The notes: generated by a model not told the origin, from the letters alone. Shown: positions 6,976-16,722, counted from the first letter of the stretch. The stretch: 54,193 nucleotides of DNA from Flavobacteriales bacterium (GCA_007129985.1 SKUL01000292.1:1-54193), one strand, 5' to 3'. A program made the numbers and translations.

Positions 6976-8799
6976 ATGAACACAGGCTTAAAATATGTTG
7001 TAGCCTGCCTGTTCGCGCTTGCGCTGCTGAGTTTGTTTTCCTTGCAGACCGTGGCTCAAAGCACCTACACGGGTATTGTGCTCGACACTGAGTCGCGCCA
7101 TCCGGTGCCTTATGCCCACGTGGTTTTAGCGGCAGCTCCGGGCAGGGGAACCATCACCAACGCGTCCGGCAGGTTTTATTTTCGCCGAAAAGCCAGTATG
7201 CCCAACCCGGTGGAGATGCGCTTTTCGAGCATGGGATACGAATCATCCACTTTTCCGGTTTACGCGGGAAAAACCGATACCTTTCTACTTGCTCCCGCAG
7301 CACACGGACTTGCTGAAGTGGTGGTTACGCCAGAGGATTATGAACGCAACCTTCTCCGTCGGCTGATTGCCCGGATTCCGATAAACCACCCAACGCACAA
7401 CGAGCGTCTTATCGGTGAGGTGGTAGAACGCGGTTTTGGCGACACCCTCAATGCCCGGCCGCTCTATGAAGCCAGGGCAATCACCTTGGCCGACAAGCAG
7501 GGCTATCACCGGAGAAGTGATTACGGCAATGTGGCAGTGCTTGAAGGAACGGTTGATACCTTTCCCGATTTTGTACACACCAATTTGCGCATTTCGGCAG
7601 GAGCGTATAACGTGCATCGCTTCGACGTGGTGCAGCTCAGGCGAGGGCCGCTCAACGAAAGAAGGCTGATGGACTATTCTTTTGAAAGCCTTGAAATGCA
7701 GAGTTTCGACGGACATCCTATTCAGCCCATTCGCTTTACGGGCAATGACCTCAAGGGCCTCATCTACATCAACATGACCGACACGGCTATTTATGAAGTG
7801 GATGTGGAGGTGCAGCGCCGCGCTTTTGACTCCTTCGGGCAGGGTATTTCTTTCGGTTCGCGACGGAGCTATTTGACGTTTCAAACTGGATACGCCAAAT
7901 TCGATGGGCTGTATCGCCTCAAATACATTCACTACAACACGGCATTTGCCTCAGGGGTGCGGGGCGGTCGTTTTTTTCTGGAGAACACCTACGCCATCAA
8001 CGATTTTGAAATTACCGACGAACCCATCAGTCATATGGACAGGGTGGGATTTAACGACCGGCTTACAGACCTTGTGATTCTGAACAACCGGACCGCTTCG
8101 GGCGATACGCTAGTGGTGCAGGGAGCGCGACTTACAACGCAATTTGAGCGTGTGTTGAGCAGAATTTCATCGGAGGTGGGCTACTTTGGAATGTTCTACA
8201 CGCGCGATGAGCGAATATACAGCGGCACCGACCCCGACTGGCCCGAAGAGCTATCGGGAACCTTGCCCGCCCAGGACGGATACCTGCACGGGGTGTCTTA
8301 CCAAATGAACTTCCGCCTTAACGGTAGGTTTTCCGTGATATGGAACAGCGGTGGCCTTTTCAGTAAAATGTACAACCAGCAAACACTGGGGCTTCAGCTC
8401 ACCCAGAGTATTGGTTTTGCGGCCAGGTGGACGATTAGATTGGCGGCTGCTATAGGTGTGGAGACTTTCAATGCAGAACTGGCCGATATTGGTGAGGCAG
8501 CGCAGTATCCGGTGCTCAACCGGGAGATTGGTTTCAAGAACACGTCCATGTCTTACCTCACGGAGAACTTTTTCGCTTCGCCCATACTGAGTGTGGGTTT
8601 TGCGCCGAAACGGAATTTGCGCTTCAGTTTATCGGCCATGTACATCGCGCCTTTTGCGGGCGAATCCTACCTGCTCTTCAACAATGAAGACTTTAGCTGG
8701 CCCTGGCAAAAAAGCCGCTACAGGGTGCGTCAACCCGACGACAATCCCTACATGGGGCGTTTGCAATTACAGTTCAGACTGGCTTTTGGTTCCTTCTAG
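6976..8799 (+). CDS. CarboxypepD_reg-like domain outer membrane protein
   Basis: The protein has a signal peptide. YTGIVLDTESRHPVPYAHVVL....GTITNASGRFYF is a carboxypeptidase-regulatory-like fold. The C-terminal ...LAFGSF ends in Phe, as in beta-barrel OMPs. I preferred ATG 6976 over the track's GTG 6973. Confidence 0.65.
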   Translation: MNTGLKYVVACLFALALLSLFSLQTVAQSTYTGIVLDTESRHPVPYAHVVLAAAPGRGTITNASGRFYFRRKASMPNPVEMRFSSMGYESSTFPVYAGKTDTFLLAPAAHGLAEVVVTPEDYERNLLRRLIARIPINHPTHNERLIGEVVERGFGDTLNARPLYEARAITLADKQGYHRRSDYGNVAVLEGTVDTFPDFVHTNLRISAGAYNVHRFDVVQLRRGPLNERRLMDYSFESLEMQSFDGHPIQPIRFTGNDLKGLIYINMTDTAIYEVDVEVQRRAFDSFGQGISFGSRRSYLTFQTGYAKFDGLYRLKYIHYNTAFASGVRGGRFFLENTYAINDFEITDEPISHMDRVGFNDRLTDLVILNNRTASGDTLVVQGARLTTQFERVLSRISSEVGYFGMFYTRDERIYSGTDPDWPEELSGTLPAQDGYLHGVSYQMNFRLNGRFSVIWNSGGLFSKMYNQQTLGLQLTQSIGFAARWTIRLAAAIGVETFNAELADIGEAAQYPVLNREIGFKNTSMSYLTENFFASPILSVGFAPKRNLRFSLSAMYIAPFAGESYLLFNNEDFSWPWQKSRYRVRQPDDNPYMGRLQLQFRLAFGSF

Positions 8800-8825
8800 G
8801 CCTTTCTGAATTAACCACATAACCT

Positions 8826-9404
8826 TTACTGGCAGCGATTGGAACTCCAGCTCAGTGTTGAAATCAGGTGGTCAATGTCTTCACTGATGTACGAAATCAC
8901 CGGTTGAAGTGAGTCACTGTTCATGCGCACATTAAAATAGAGCGAGCCGCGCAAAAAATGTTGCGTGCTGTCTGTCAGGTAGAACTGAACCGGCGAGGCC
9001 ACATCGCCTTCCAGGTAATAGACCAAACCAAAAACGCAGGAAGTGTCGCGCATAACCACACGCGTGTTGATGTCCTGGGCTTTCACGTGGTGCTCGTAAG
9101 AGAGGTGGTGACTTTCGTCGAGCATGGTTTTCAGGTTGTTTTCAATGGGTTTGTAGGTGAAGTGTACCTGTGCCTTGTTTTTCGGAAAATCCAGATTAAA
9201 CCAGCAAGTTTCCGGTCGGTCCGAACGCATCTGGATGCGCGAATAGGCCGGGATTTCAAATGAAAACGGGCAATCCGGCGAAACACGGCGGTAATCTTTT
9301 TCGGGCAGGTCAATACGAAAATACCCTTTGGGCTTCGGTACCGGGTTTTCTGCACATGAAGCCAGAAGCAATGGCAGAACGAATAGGCAAATCAGGTTTT
9401 TCAT
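8826..9404 (-). CDS. gldD: Gliding motility lipoprotein GldD
   Basis: 192 aa with a lipobox (LLLASC) and PKPKGYFRIDLPEK near the N-terminus. It lies immediately downstream of gldE with a 4-nt overlap, the same order as in Flavobacterium johnsoniae. Confidence 0.8.
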   Translation of the reverse strand: MKNLICLFVLPLLLASCAENPVPKPKGYFRIDLPEKDYRRVSPDCPFSFEIPAYSRIQMRSDRPETCWFNLDFPKNKAQVHFTYKPIENNLKTMLDESHHLSYEHHVKAQDINTRVVMRDTSCVFGLVYYLEGDVASPVQFYLTDSTQHFLRGSLYFNVRMNSDSLQPVISYISEDIDHLISTLSWSSNRCQ

Positions 9405-10747
9405 TCTTCCTCGGGTTCTTCCTGCGGCAAGGTGATTTTTACTCGTTTGATGCGGCGCTTGTCGGCTGCTTCAATCACAAAAATATAGTCGTGAAAACGG
9501 ATGCGCTCATTTTTCAGCGGAATTTTCCCCACTTGCTCAAGGATAAAACCTGCCAGTGTATCAGCTTCACCTTTGTTGGCTTCAAAAGGTTCTTCGTCCA
9601 GGTCAAGAATACGGTAGAGGTCAACCAACAGTGTGCGGCCTTCAAAAACGTAGTTGAAATCGTCTAGCTTGCTGTAGGTTACTTCGTCGTCGTCGAACTC
9701 ATCGGTGATATCACCCACAATTTCCTCAATCACATCTTCGAGGGTTACGATGCCAGAGGTGCCGCCGTATTCATCCACCACAATCGCCATATGAACTTTC
9801 TTTTCCTGAAACTCCTTCAGCAAATCGTCCAGTTTTTTGTTTTCCGGAATGACAAAAGGCGTGCGGATAAGCGATTGCCACTTAAACTGGTTGCGGTCAG
9901 AGTATGGAATAAGGTCTTTGATGACCAATGTACCTACCACATCGTCGAAGGAGCCACGATAAATGGGGAAACGCGAGTGCCCCGATTCTATCATTCCGCG
10001 TACGAGTTCGGAATAGGATGTCTTGATGTCGAATGCCACGGTTTCGGTACGGGGCCGCATGATCTGACGCACTTCAATGTTCCCGAATTTCACGATGCCT
10101 TCCAGAATGCGTTGTTCATCGCGTGTGGTTTCTCGATCCAAAGTCAGTTCAATAGCGTGTTCCAATTCATCTGAGCTCACCTCGTTTCCGGAGGTGTTCT
10201 GCGCAAAACGCCGGCGTAGTTTGGCAGAGCTCCTTACCAGAACGTTGCTCAACGGACTAAATACTTTGTTCAGTACACTCAGGCTCAGTGCCATGGTGCG
10301 TGCCATGCCCAAAGCATGGGAGGCAGCGTAGATTTTCGGTACCACTTCACCAAAAAGCAAGAGAAGTGCGGTAACAATCACCACTTCCACCAAAAACTGG
10401 AGCATGGTATTTTCGGCGATGAACTGAAACCATTTTCCCAGCACGAAGGTAGAGAGAATCACAATCCCAATATTGATGACATTATTGCAAATCAGTATGG
10501 TAGCAAGTAGTTTGGAAGGCTTGCTTAACATCGCGGAAATGCGCTGATTGGCAGAATCAGACTCTTCGTCAATCGCTTGCATATCGGAGGGAGAGAGAGA
10601 AAAGTACGCCACCTCAGACCCAGATATCAGGGCAGAGCAAACCAGCAATAGCGCGAGCACTCCCAGCGACACAAACAGCGTCCAGTCGGCGGTTTCGCTG
10701 AGTGAAAGCAGAATGATGGAAATAGATTCTTCCGGGGGAGGTTTCAC
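9401..10747 (-). CDS. gldE: Gliding motility-associated protein GldE (CNNM/DUF21 + CBS pair + CorC_HlyC)
   Basis: 448 aa. It has an N-terminal DUF21 membrane domain, tandem CBS domains and a C-terminal CorC/HlyC domain. The ssb-gldE-gldD synteny supports the call. Confidence 0.8.
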   Translation of the reverse strand: MKPPPEESISIILLSLSETADWTLFVSLGVLALLLVCSALISGSEVAYFSLSPSDMQAIDEESDSANQRISAMLSKPSKLLATILICNNVINIGIVILSTFVLGKWFQFIAENTMLQFLVEVVIVTALLLLFGEVVPKIYAASHALGMARTMALSLSVLNKVFSPLSNVLVRSSAKLRRRFAQNTSGNEVSSDELEHAIELTLDRETTRDEQRILEGIVKFGNIEVRQIMRPRTETVAFDIKTSYSELVRGMIESGHSRFPIYRGSFDDVVGTLVIKDLIPYSDRNQFKWQSLIRTPFVIPENKKLDDLLKEFQEKKVHMAIVVDEYGGTSGIVTLEDVIEEIVGDITDEFDDDEVTYSKLDDFNYVFEGRTLLVDLYRILDLDEEPFEANKGEADTLAGFILEQVGKIPLKNERIRFHDYIFVIEAADKRRIKRVKITLPQEEPEEE

Positions 10748-10774
10748 TGGTGGGGTTTACGTGAACAATGGTGC

Positions 10775-11236
10775 TCAGAAGGGGAGGTCGTCCTCTTCAT
10801 CCGCTTCCGGCAGTTGCGGCTCAGGATGTCCGTTTCGGCTTGTATCCGCAGCAGCTTGTGGTTTTTGCTCTGTGTTTTGTCCCGCCGGAGTCTGGCTCAT
10901 GTCTCTCTTGCCGAGCATGGTCATATCGCTCACCACAATTTCTGTGGTGTAGCGCGTTACGCCATCTTTATCCTGGTAGTTGCGCGTTTGAATTTTGCCT
11001 TCAACATAAATCTGGTCGCCTTTGTGAAGGTACTTTTCGGCAATTTCTGCCAGTCCGCGCCACATCACTATTCTGTGCCACTCTGTTTGGGTGATGCGCT
11101 CACCGGTGTTGCGGTCTTTGTAGCTTTCTGAAGTAGCAATATTGAAGTTGGCTACTTTGTTTCCGTTTTCGAGTGTTCTCACTTCCGGGTCTGCTCCGAG
11201 GTTTCCGAGAAGGATTACCTTATTTACTCCTGCCAT
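10775..11236 (-). CDS. ssb: Single-stranded DNA-binding protein
   Basis: The N-terminus [20 protein letters not shown]...TEWHRIV.W is an SSB OB fold. The acidic tail ends in DDLPF. Confidence 0.95.
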   Translation of the reverse strand: MAGVNKVILLGNLGADPEVRTLENGNKVANFNIATSESYKDRNTGERITQTEWHRIVMWRGLAEIAEKYLHKGDQIYVEGKIQTRNYQDKDGVTRYTTEIVVSDMTMLGKRDMSQTPAGQNTEQKPQAAADTSRNGHPEPQLPEADEEDDLPF

Positions 11237-11255
11237 GTTGGTTTAGTTTTATGCG

Positions 11256-12329
11256 TCATTCGTTTGCCGAAGGTACGGGCTTTTCACGAGTACCAAAAAT
11301 GTACTTATCAACGAAACGTTCAAAAAGTCGTGGAAGGCCAAAGTTGCTGATTTCCTTTTTATTCGACACCCAGGTGTAGTCTTTTACACGGGCTGGCGGT
11401 TCATTAAAAACCCAGAAATGGGCCTCAATACTACGGTGCGTGAGTTGGTGCGAGAAGGGCCCGATGCGTTTTTCTTTGTTCGGCTCCGGCAATCCGAGTT
11501 GCTCGCAGAAATCGGAAAGTGTTCTTTGGTCCGGTTTGGTACTCGTTTCGAGCGTCGGAAAGCCATAGAGTCCGGCCCAAATGCCTGTTTCAGGACGTTG
11601 TTGAAGCATCAAGCCTCGTGAGGTTTGTACCACTACGCTATTGAGGTAGAGTGGAGTGGCTTTGGTTCGCTTGCTTTTCACGGGATACTGATCGACGGCT
11701 CCTGTGCGCAGCGCCACACACACTTCACTGAAAGGACAATCCTTGCATCCCGGTTGAGCCGGCGTGCATACCAGGGCACCAAATTCCATCATGGCCTGAT
11801 TAAAATCGCCGGGATTTTCATGGTCCAGAATGGCTGCGGCCTGCTCGTAAAAAATTCTCTTTCCGAGGGAAGTGTCCACAGGTGTGTCTATGCCAAAGAG
11901 TCGCGAGAGAAAACGAAACACGTTTCCGTCCACAACCGGTACTGGCTCGTTGTAACAAATGGAGGCAATGGCCGCTGCAGAATAAGGTCCAACGCCTTTG
12001 AGCTGAAGAAGTTCTTTGTATGTGCCCGGAAAACGCCCATCCATTTCGTGCACCACCTGTTTGGCGGCGTGGTGTAGGTTTCGGGCTCTTCGGTAGTAGC
12101 CCAGTCCTTGCCAGAGCTGCATTACATCGCGCTCGTGGGCCTCAGCGAGCATCTCTACTGTAGGGAAGACTTCCTTAAACTTCAGGTAATATGGTAAGCC
12201 CTGGGCAATTCTGGTCTGCTGCATAATCATTTCCGACAGCCAGATGTTATAAGGGGTAGGAGAATTTCTCCACGGAAGCGTGCGTTTATTTTTTGAATAC
12301 CAATAGTTTAGCTGCGAGGGGATATTCAT
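11256..12329 (-). CDS. mutY: A/G-specific adenine glycosylase MutY
   Basis: The protein shows WY....R.LPWR, an HhH-GPD region, a 4Fe-4S Cys cluster (C..C..CPF...C) and a NUDIX-like C-terminus. I chose ATG 12329 rather than the track's TTG 12368. Confidence 0.88.
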   Translation of the reverse strand: MNIPSQLNYWYSKNKRTLPWRNSPTPYNIWLSEMIMQQTRIAQGLPYYLKFKEVFPTVEMLAEAHERDVMQLWQGLGYYRRARNLHHAAKQVVHEMDGRFPGTYKELLQLKGVGPYSAAAIASICYNEPVPVVDGNVFRFLSRLFGIDTPVDTSLGKRIFYEQAAAILDHENPGDFNQAMMEFGALVCTPAQPGCKDCPFSEVCVALRTGAVDQYPVKSKRTKATPLYLNSVVVQTSRGLMLQQRPETGIWAGLYGFPTLETSTKPDQRTLSDFCEQLGLPEPNKEKRIGPFSHQLTHRSIEAHFWVFNEPPARVKDYTWVSNKKEISNFGLPRLFERFVDKYIFGTREKPVPSANE

Positions 12330-12385
12330 TGGTAGAAGGAAAACGGGGTTTAAGTGCTTAGAATCCAAAGTTAATCGAAATTATG

Positions 12386-12415
12386 TTGCGCGTTTAAAGG
12401 CTTGCTCTATATTTG
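12386..12415 (+). promoter_or_regulatory. Candidate Bacteroidota sigma-A promoter for the HU gene
   Basis: TTG (12386-12388), a 19-nt spacer, then TATATTTG (12408-12415). This is an exact match to the TAnnTTTG -7 consensus, 44 nt upstream of the ATG. Confidence 0.45.
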
Positions 12416-12459
12416 CCATCGAAACGAATCATTTGTGAACTAATTAAAGCTTAATTGTT

Positions 12460-12753
12460 ATGACTAAAGCAGATTTGGTGAGTGAAATTTCTGACAAGAC
12501 CGGAATCGAGAAAGTAGCTGTTCAGGCTACCGTGGAGACCATGATGTCGTCTATCAAAAATTCCTTGGAAAAAGGAGAGAACGTGTATCTGCGCGGTTTT
12601 GGTAGCTTCATCGTGAAGAAGCGTGCGAAGAAAACCGGCCGAAATATCTCGAAAAACACCACCATCATCATCCCCGAGCACTTTATTCCAGCATTCAAAC
12701 CTGCAAAAGTGTTTGTTGAGAGAGTACGTACCAAAGTGAAAAAGAAGAAGTAA
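12460..12753 (+). CDS. HU family DNA-binding protein
   Basis: 97 aa with MTKADLV..I......I.K......V......I..SL..GE.V.LRGFGSF.VK.R..K.GRN, the classic HU/IHF fold signature. Confidence 0.9.
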   Translation: MTKADLVSEISDKTGIEKVAVQATVETMMSSIKNSLEKGENVYLRGFGSFIVKKRAKKTGRNISKNTTIIIPEHFIPAFKPAKVFVERVRTKVKKKK

Positions 12754-12775
12754 GCTTCTTTTTTAAGAATTATCC

Positions 12776-13276
12776 ATGAGCAGCCAAAAGCGAACACAAA
12801 TTGTTGTACTTTTGGCTGCTCTTTTTTTAGTAGTTCTTTTAATACTGGCACCACGCCTGCCAAAGCAAGCCCGGCTCGAAGCCAAAAAGCTTGAGGCAAG
12901 CAAAACAGACCCGATTGAACAGAAAATCAATCAGGCTGTAGCACTGGTGCAAGATGGTAACAACCCCATGCAGGGGATTCTCATGCTTCGGGAAATTCTC
13001 GAAGAAAATCCAAACAGGGTAGAGGCGCATTGGCATCTGGCTCATTTTTCTGTCCAATCAGGGCAGTATGAAAAAGCCACAGAGCGATTCGAAAAAGTCG
13101 TTGAACTCGACACCGAAAAGAAATTTCCAGACGCCGTTTTCTATTTGGGAAAAACCTACGCCACCCTCAACCAGCCCGAAAAGGCAATTAATTGCTTTGA
13201 GCGTTACCTCCAGGATGTAGAAGATCCAGCTGTTAAAGAAAGAGTAGAGGAGTTCATTGAAGAGCTCAAACGTTAA
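12776..13276 (+). CDS. Tetratricopeptide repeat protein (N-terminal membrane anchor)
   Basis: 166 aa with an N-terminal hydrophobic helix followed by TPR-like helical repeats (AHWHLAHFSVQSGQYEKATERFEKVVELD, AVFYLGKTYATLNQPEKAINCFERYL). Confidence 0.7.
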   Translation: MSSQKRTQIVVLLAALFLVVLLILAPRLPKQARLEAKKLEASKTDPIEQKINQAVALVQDGNNPMQGILMLREILEENPNRVEAHWHLAHFSVQSGQYEKATERFEKVVELDTEKKFPDAVFYLGKTYATLNQPEKAINCFERYLQDVEDPAVKERVEEFIEELKR

Positions 13277-13297
13277 CAGTTATAAATTCATTGAGTT

Positions 13298-13390
13298 ATG
13301 CCTAGCGGTAAGAAAAGAAAACGACACAAGATGGCCACGCACAAGCGCAAAAAGCGCCTGCGCAAAAACCGACATAAGAAGAAGAAGTAA
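13298..13390 (+). CDS. 30-aa Lys/Arg-rich micro-protein, bS22-like small ribosomal protein candidate
   Basis: Not in the ORF track because it is under 60 aa. ATG 13298 to TAA 13390 encodes MPSGKKRKRHKMATHKRKKRLRKNRHKKKK, of which 21 of 30 residues are K/R/H. It resembles the short basic ribosomal proteins of the AURKAIP1/COX24-like bS22 type as I recall them. Confidence 0.55.
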   Translation: MPSGKKRKRHKMATHKRKKRLRKNRHKKKK

Positions 13391-13498
13391 TGTCTTCAGT
13401 GGCGGATTGGTATGTCTGCCCTTCCTCTTTACGGTACTCCCTTAGTTTGGTATTAACAGTGGCTGCCTGCACATTCGTGTACGCGCGGCGCTTAACCA

Positions 13499-15058
13499 TT
13501 GGCTATATTGGCATTTGAACTAATCATCGATGCAAACTCCAAGGATACGCAGCTTGCACTCCTTGAAGATAAGCAGCTCGTAGAGTTACATCGCGAAAAA
13601 ACCAATCCGGAATTCGCGGTGGGTGACATCTATTTGGGCAAGGTGAAGAAGGTTATTCCTAACCTTAACGCTGCTTTTGTGGATGTTGGCTACTCAAAAG
13701 ATGCCTTTCTTCACTATCTGGATCTGGGTCAGCAGTTCAGCTCCATGAATACATGGGTGAAACAGGTGCAGGCCCGTAAGTTCAATTCTGCCGACCTTGC
13801 CAACTTCAAGCAGGAGCCGGATATTGATAAGAACGGCAAAATCAAGGAGCAGCTCTCCGGTGGTCAGCATATTTTGGTTCAGGTAGCCAAAGAGCCTATC
13901 TCAACCAAAGGCCCAAGACTCACCGCCGAGATTACCATTGCCGGCCGGTATCTCATTTTGGTGCCGTTTTCGTCCAAGATTTCCATTTCACAGAAAATCA
14001 CCGACCCCAAAGAGCGTACGCGCCTTAAGCGTTTGATGCAGAGTATCAAGCCGAAAAATTTTGGAGTCATTATCCGCACCGTTGCCGAAAACAAAAAAGT
14101 GGCGCAACTGGACTCTGACCTGAACAATTCTTACGAGCGCTGGAAACAACTCCACAAAAATCTGATGCCGGCCAAACCGGTGAAGCGCGTTTTGGGCGAA
14201 ATCAACAAAACCAGTGCGGTGTTGAGAGACCTTCTCAACAAGGAGTTCAACAATATCCGGGTGAACAGCCCCGAAATGGCCGAGGAAATCAAAAGCTACC
14301 TGCGCAAGATTTCGCCCGACCACGAGAAGATTGTAAAGCTCTACCGCGGCAAGACCGACATTTTTGAGTACTACAACGTTCAAAAGCAAATCAAGCTTTC
14401 TTTTGGACGACAGGTAAATCTGCCCAGCGGAGGGTACCTTATTATCGAGCACACCGAAGCCATGCACGTGGTGGATGTGAACAGCGGTAACCGGAAAGGC
14501 GCAGACAAGAATCAGGAGCAGAATGCACTCGAAACCAATCTTGAATCGGCCAAAGAACTGGCTCGCGTCCTCCGTTTGAGAGACATGGGCGGAATTATCG
14601 CGGTTGATTTCATTGACATGCAGGATCGCGCCAACCAAAAGGAACTCTACGAAAAGCTCAAGGAGTACATGAGCATTGACAGAGCCAAGCACAACGTGCT
14701 TCCGCCTAGTAAGTTTGGCGTTGTTGAGATTACCCGCCAGCGCGTACGTCCCGAAACCAATATTGAGACCCGCGAGCAATGCCCCACCTGCTCAGGAACC
14801 GGAAAGGTAGAGTCCACCCTGCTTGTTCCGGATGAAATAGAAAACAATTTGCGTCTCATTCTCGAGGAACGGAAGCCGCGGCGTATCGAAATTCACTGTA
14901 GCCCATTTCTGGCGGCCTATTTCAAAAAGGGCATGATCTCAACCGAGCTCAAATGGCGCTTTAAGTACAAGCTGCCTGTTGTGTTTTGCCCAAACACAGC
15001 TTTTCAGTTCCTGGAGTATCGTTTCTTTGACGAGGCTCAGCAGGAAATTGAAATCTGA
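13499..15058 (+). CDS. rng: Rne/Rng family ribonuclease (RNase G/E catalytic domain)
   Basis: 519 aa with an S1 domain (GDIYLGKVKKV.P.LNAAFVDVG), DNase I-like and Zn-link motifs (HVVDVNSG; CP.C.G.G). The start is TTG and there is no nearby ATG. Confidence 0.88.
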   Translation: MAILAFELIIDANSKDTQLALLEDKQLVELHREKTNPEFAVGDIYLGKVKKVIPNLNAAFVDVGYSKDAFLHYLDLGQQFSSMNTWVKQVQARKFNSADLANFKQEPDIDKNGKIKEQLSGGQHILVQVAKEPISTKGPRLTAEITIAGRYLILVPFSSKISISQKITDPKERTRLKRLMQSIKPKNFGVIIRTVAENKKVAQLDSDLNNSYERWKQLHKNLMPAKPVKRVLGEINKTSAVLRDLLNKEFNNIRVNSPEMAEEIKSYLRKISPDHEKIVKLYRGKTDIFEYYNVQKQIKLSFGRQVNLPSGGYLIIEHTEAMHVVDVNSGNRKGADKNQEQNALETNLESAKELARVLRLRDMGGIIAVDFIDMQDRANQKELYEKLKEYMSIDRAKHNVLPPSKFGVVEITRQRVRPETNIETREQCPTCSGTGKVESTLLVPDEIENNLRLILEERKPRRIEIHCSPFLAAYFKKGMISTELKWRFKYKLPVVFCPNTAFQFLEYRFFDEAQQEIEI

Positions 15059-15096
15059 TTTTTTTCCACCCTGTTTATTGTCCTATCTTCGACGCT

Positions 15097-15597
15097 GTGT
15101 CTGTGAAACGCAAATACAGTCAGGAGGAAACCCTCGCTCGTATGCGTGCCTGGTGCGATTATCAGGAACGCTCACACATTGAAGTGGTGCGTAAACTCAG
15201 AAGCTGGGGCTGGTACGGCGAAGACCTCGACGCCATTGTGGCGGCTTTGGTGTCTCACAATTACCTTAATGAAGAGCGTTTTGCCAGGGCCTACACCAGC
15301 GGAAAATTCCGAATGAAGGGATGGGGGCGCATACGTATTCAGCAGGGGCTGAAGCAACATCGGGTAAGTAACTACAGTTTGCGGGCGGCCATGGAGGAAA
15401 TTGATCCCGAAGAGTACCGCCAAACCTTGTTAAAGCACATTGAGCGCAAGAGCGACCAATACCGCCATGAGGATGATTGGAGCCTCAGAGCACGCTTGCA
15501 CCGCTACCTGACATCCAAGGGTTTTGAGCCGGATGAGTTCGCAAAAGAGGTTGAGCATTTTCTGGCGGAGAGGCACCCGGCCGGTGAACGGGAATAA
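15097..15597 (+). CDS. recX: Regulatory protein RecX family
   Basis: 166 aa with three-helix repeat units. A.....C.YQERS..EV..KL...G........I...L....YLNEERFA.AY is typical of RecX. The start is GTG. Confidence 0.75.
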   Translation: MSVKRKYSQEETLARMRAWCDYQERSHIEVVRKLRSWGWYGEDLDAIVAALVSHNYLNEERFARAYTSGKFRMKGWGRIRIQQGLKQHRVSNYSLRAAMEEIDPEEYRQTLLKHIERKSDQYRHEDDWSLRARLHRYLTSKGFEPDEFAKEVEHFLAERHPAGERE

Positions 15598-15620
15598 GCC
15601 CAAAACACTACCTTTGCATT

Positions 15621-16722
15621 ATGTTACACGAAGATGATTTACGCGATTTCGCGGGGCGCCTGGAAGCGCTAAGGGGGTATCTTTGACGTCGATCACAAGC
15701 TAGAGCAAATCCGCGAAGAGGAGAAGCTAACCGAAGACCCCAACTTTTGGGACGACCCCAAAAAAGCTGAATTGGTTATGAAGCAAATCCGTACCAAGAA
15801 AAGCTGGACGGATGCCTGGGCCGCTACGCGCGATGCCCTTGAAGACCTTCGTGTGCTCCACGAGTTTCATGAGGAAGGAGAAGCCTCCAAAGAAGAACTG
15901 CAAGAGCAATTGAAGAAGCTCAATGAGCTGATGGATGATCTGGAGTTCAGGAATATGCTGTCGGGTGAAGAGGATGCGCTTTCTGCCGTGATGCAGATTA
16001 CAGCCGGCGCCGGAGGTACTGAAAGCTGTGATTGGGCGCGCATGCTCATGCGTATGTACCTTATGTGGGCCGACAAAAACGGCTTCAAGGTGCGTGAACT
16101 CGACATGCAGGAAGGCGATGTAGCCGGGGTGAAACAAGTAACCCTTGAAATTGACGGTGAATATGCTTTCGGTTACCTGAAAGGTGAAAACGGAGTGCAT
16201 CGCTTGGTGCGTATTTCACCGTTTGACTCCAATGCGCGTCGCCATACTTCATTCGTGTCGGTGTATGTCTATCCGCTGGTTGATGATTCCATTCAGATTG
16301 AGGTGAACCCGGCAGACATCAGTTGGGACACTTACCGCTCGAGTGGTGCCGGAGGGCAAGCCGTTAACAAAATCGAAACAGCCGTGCGCTTGAAACACGC
16401 ACCCACAGGAATTGTGATAGAAAACTCCGAAACACGCTCGCAGTTTGAGAACAAGGAGAAAGCCATGCAACTTCTCAAATCGCAGCTTTACGAGCTTGAG
16501 TTAAGCAAGAAGAATGAGGCCCGTGCCGAGATTGAGGCGGGTAAAAAGAAAATTGAGTGGGGTTCGCAGATTCGCAACTACGTGCTGCATCCTTACAAAT
16601 TGATCAAGGATGTTCGCACGGCAGAGGAAACGAGCAATGTGGACGACGTGCTCAACGGAGAACTCGATGCTTTTCTGAAGGCATTTCTCATGCAACAGGG
16701 GTCTGCCAAAACCAACAGCTAA
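15621..16722 (+). CDS. prfB: Peptide chain release factor 2, requires programmed +1 frameshift (15621..15683 joined to 15685..16722)
   Basis: Frame 0 reads MLHEDDLRDFAGRLEALRGYL then TGA at 15684. The +1 frame continues DVDHKLEQIREEE... into the 316-aa track ORF, which carries the SPF and GGQ motifs. The joined product is about 366 aa. Confidence 0.92.
15672..15687 (+). promoter_or_regulatory. prfB +1 ribosomal frameshift site
   Basis: The sequence AGGGGG TAT CTT TGA C is identical in layout to the classical RF2 autoregulatory site: an SD-like element, a 3-nt spacer, a CTT slippery codon, and an in-frame TGA followed by C. Confidence 0.88.
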
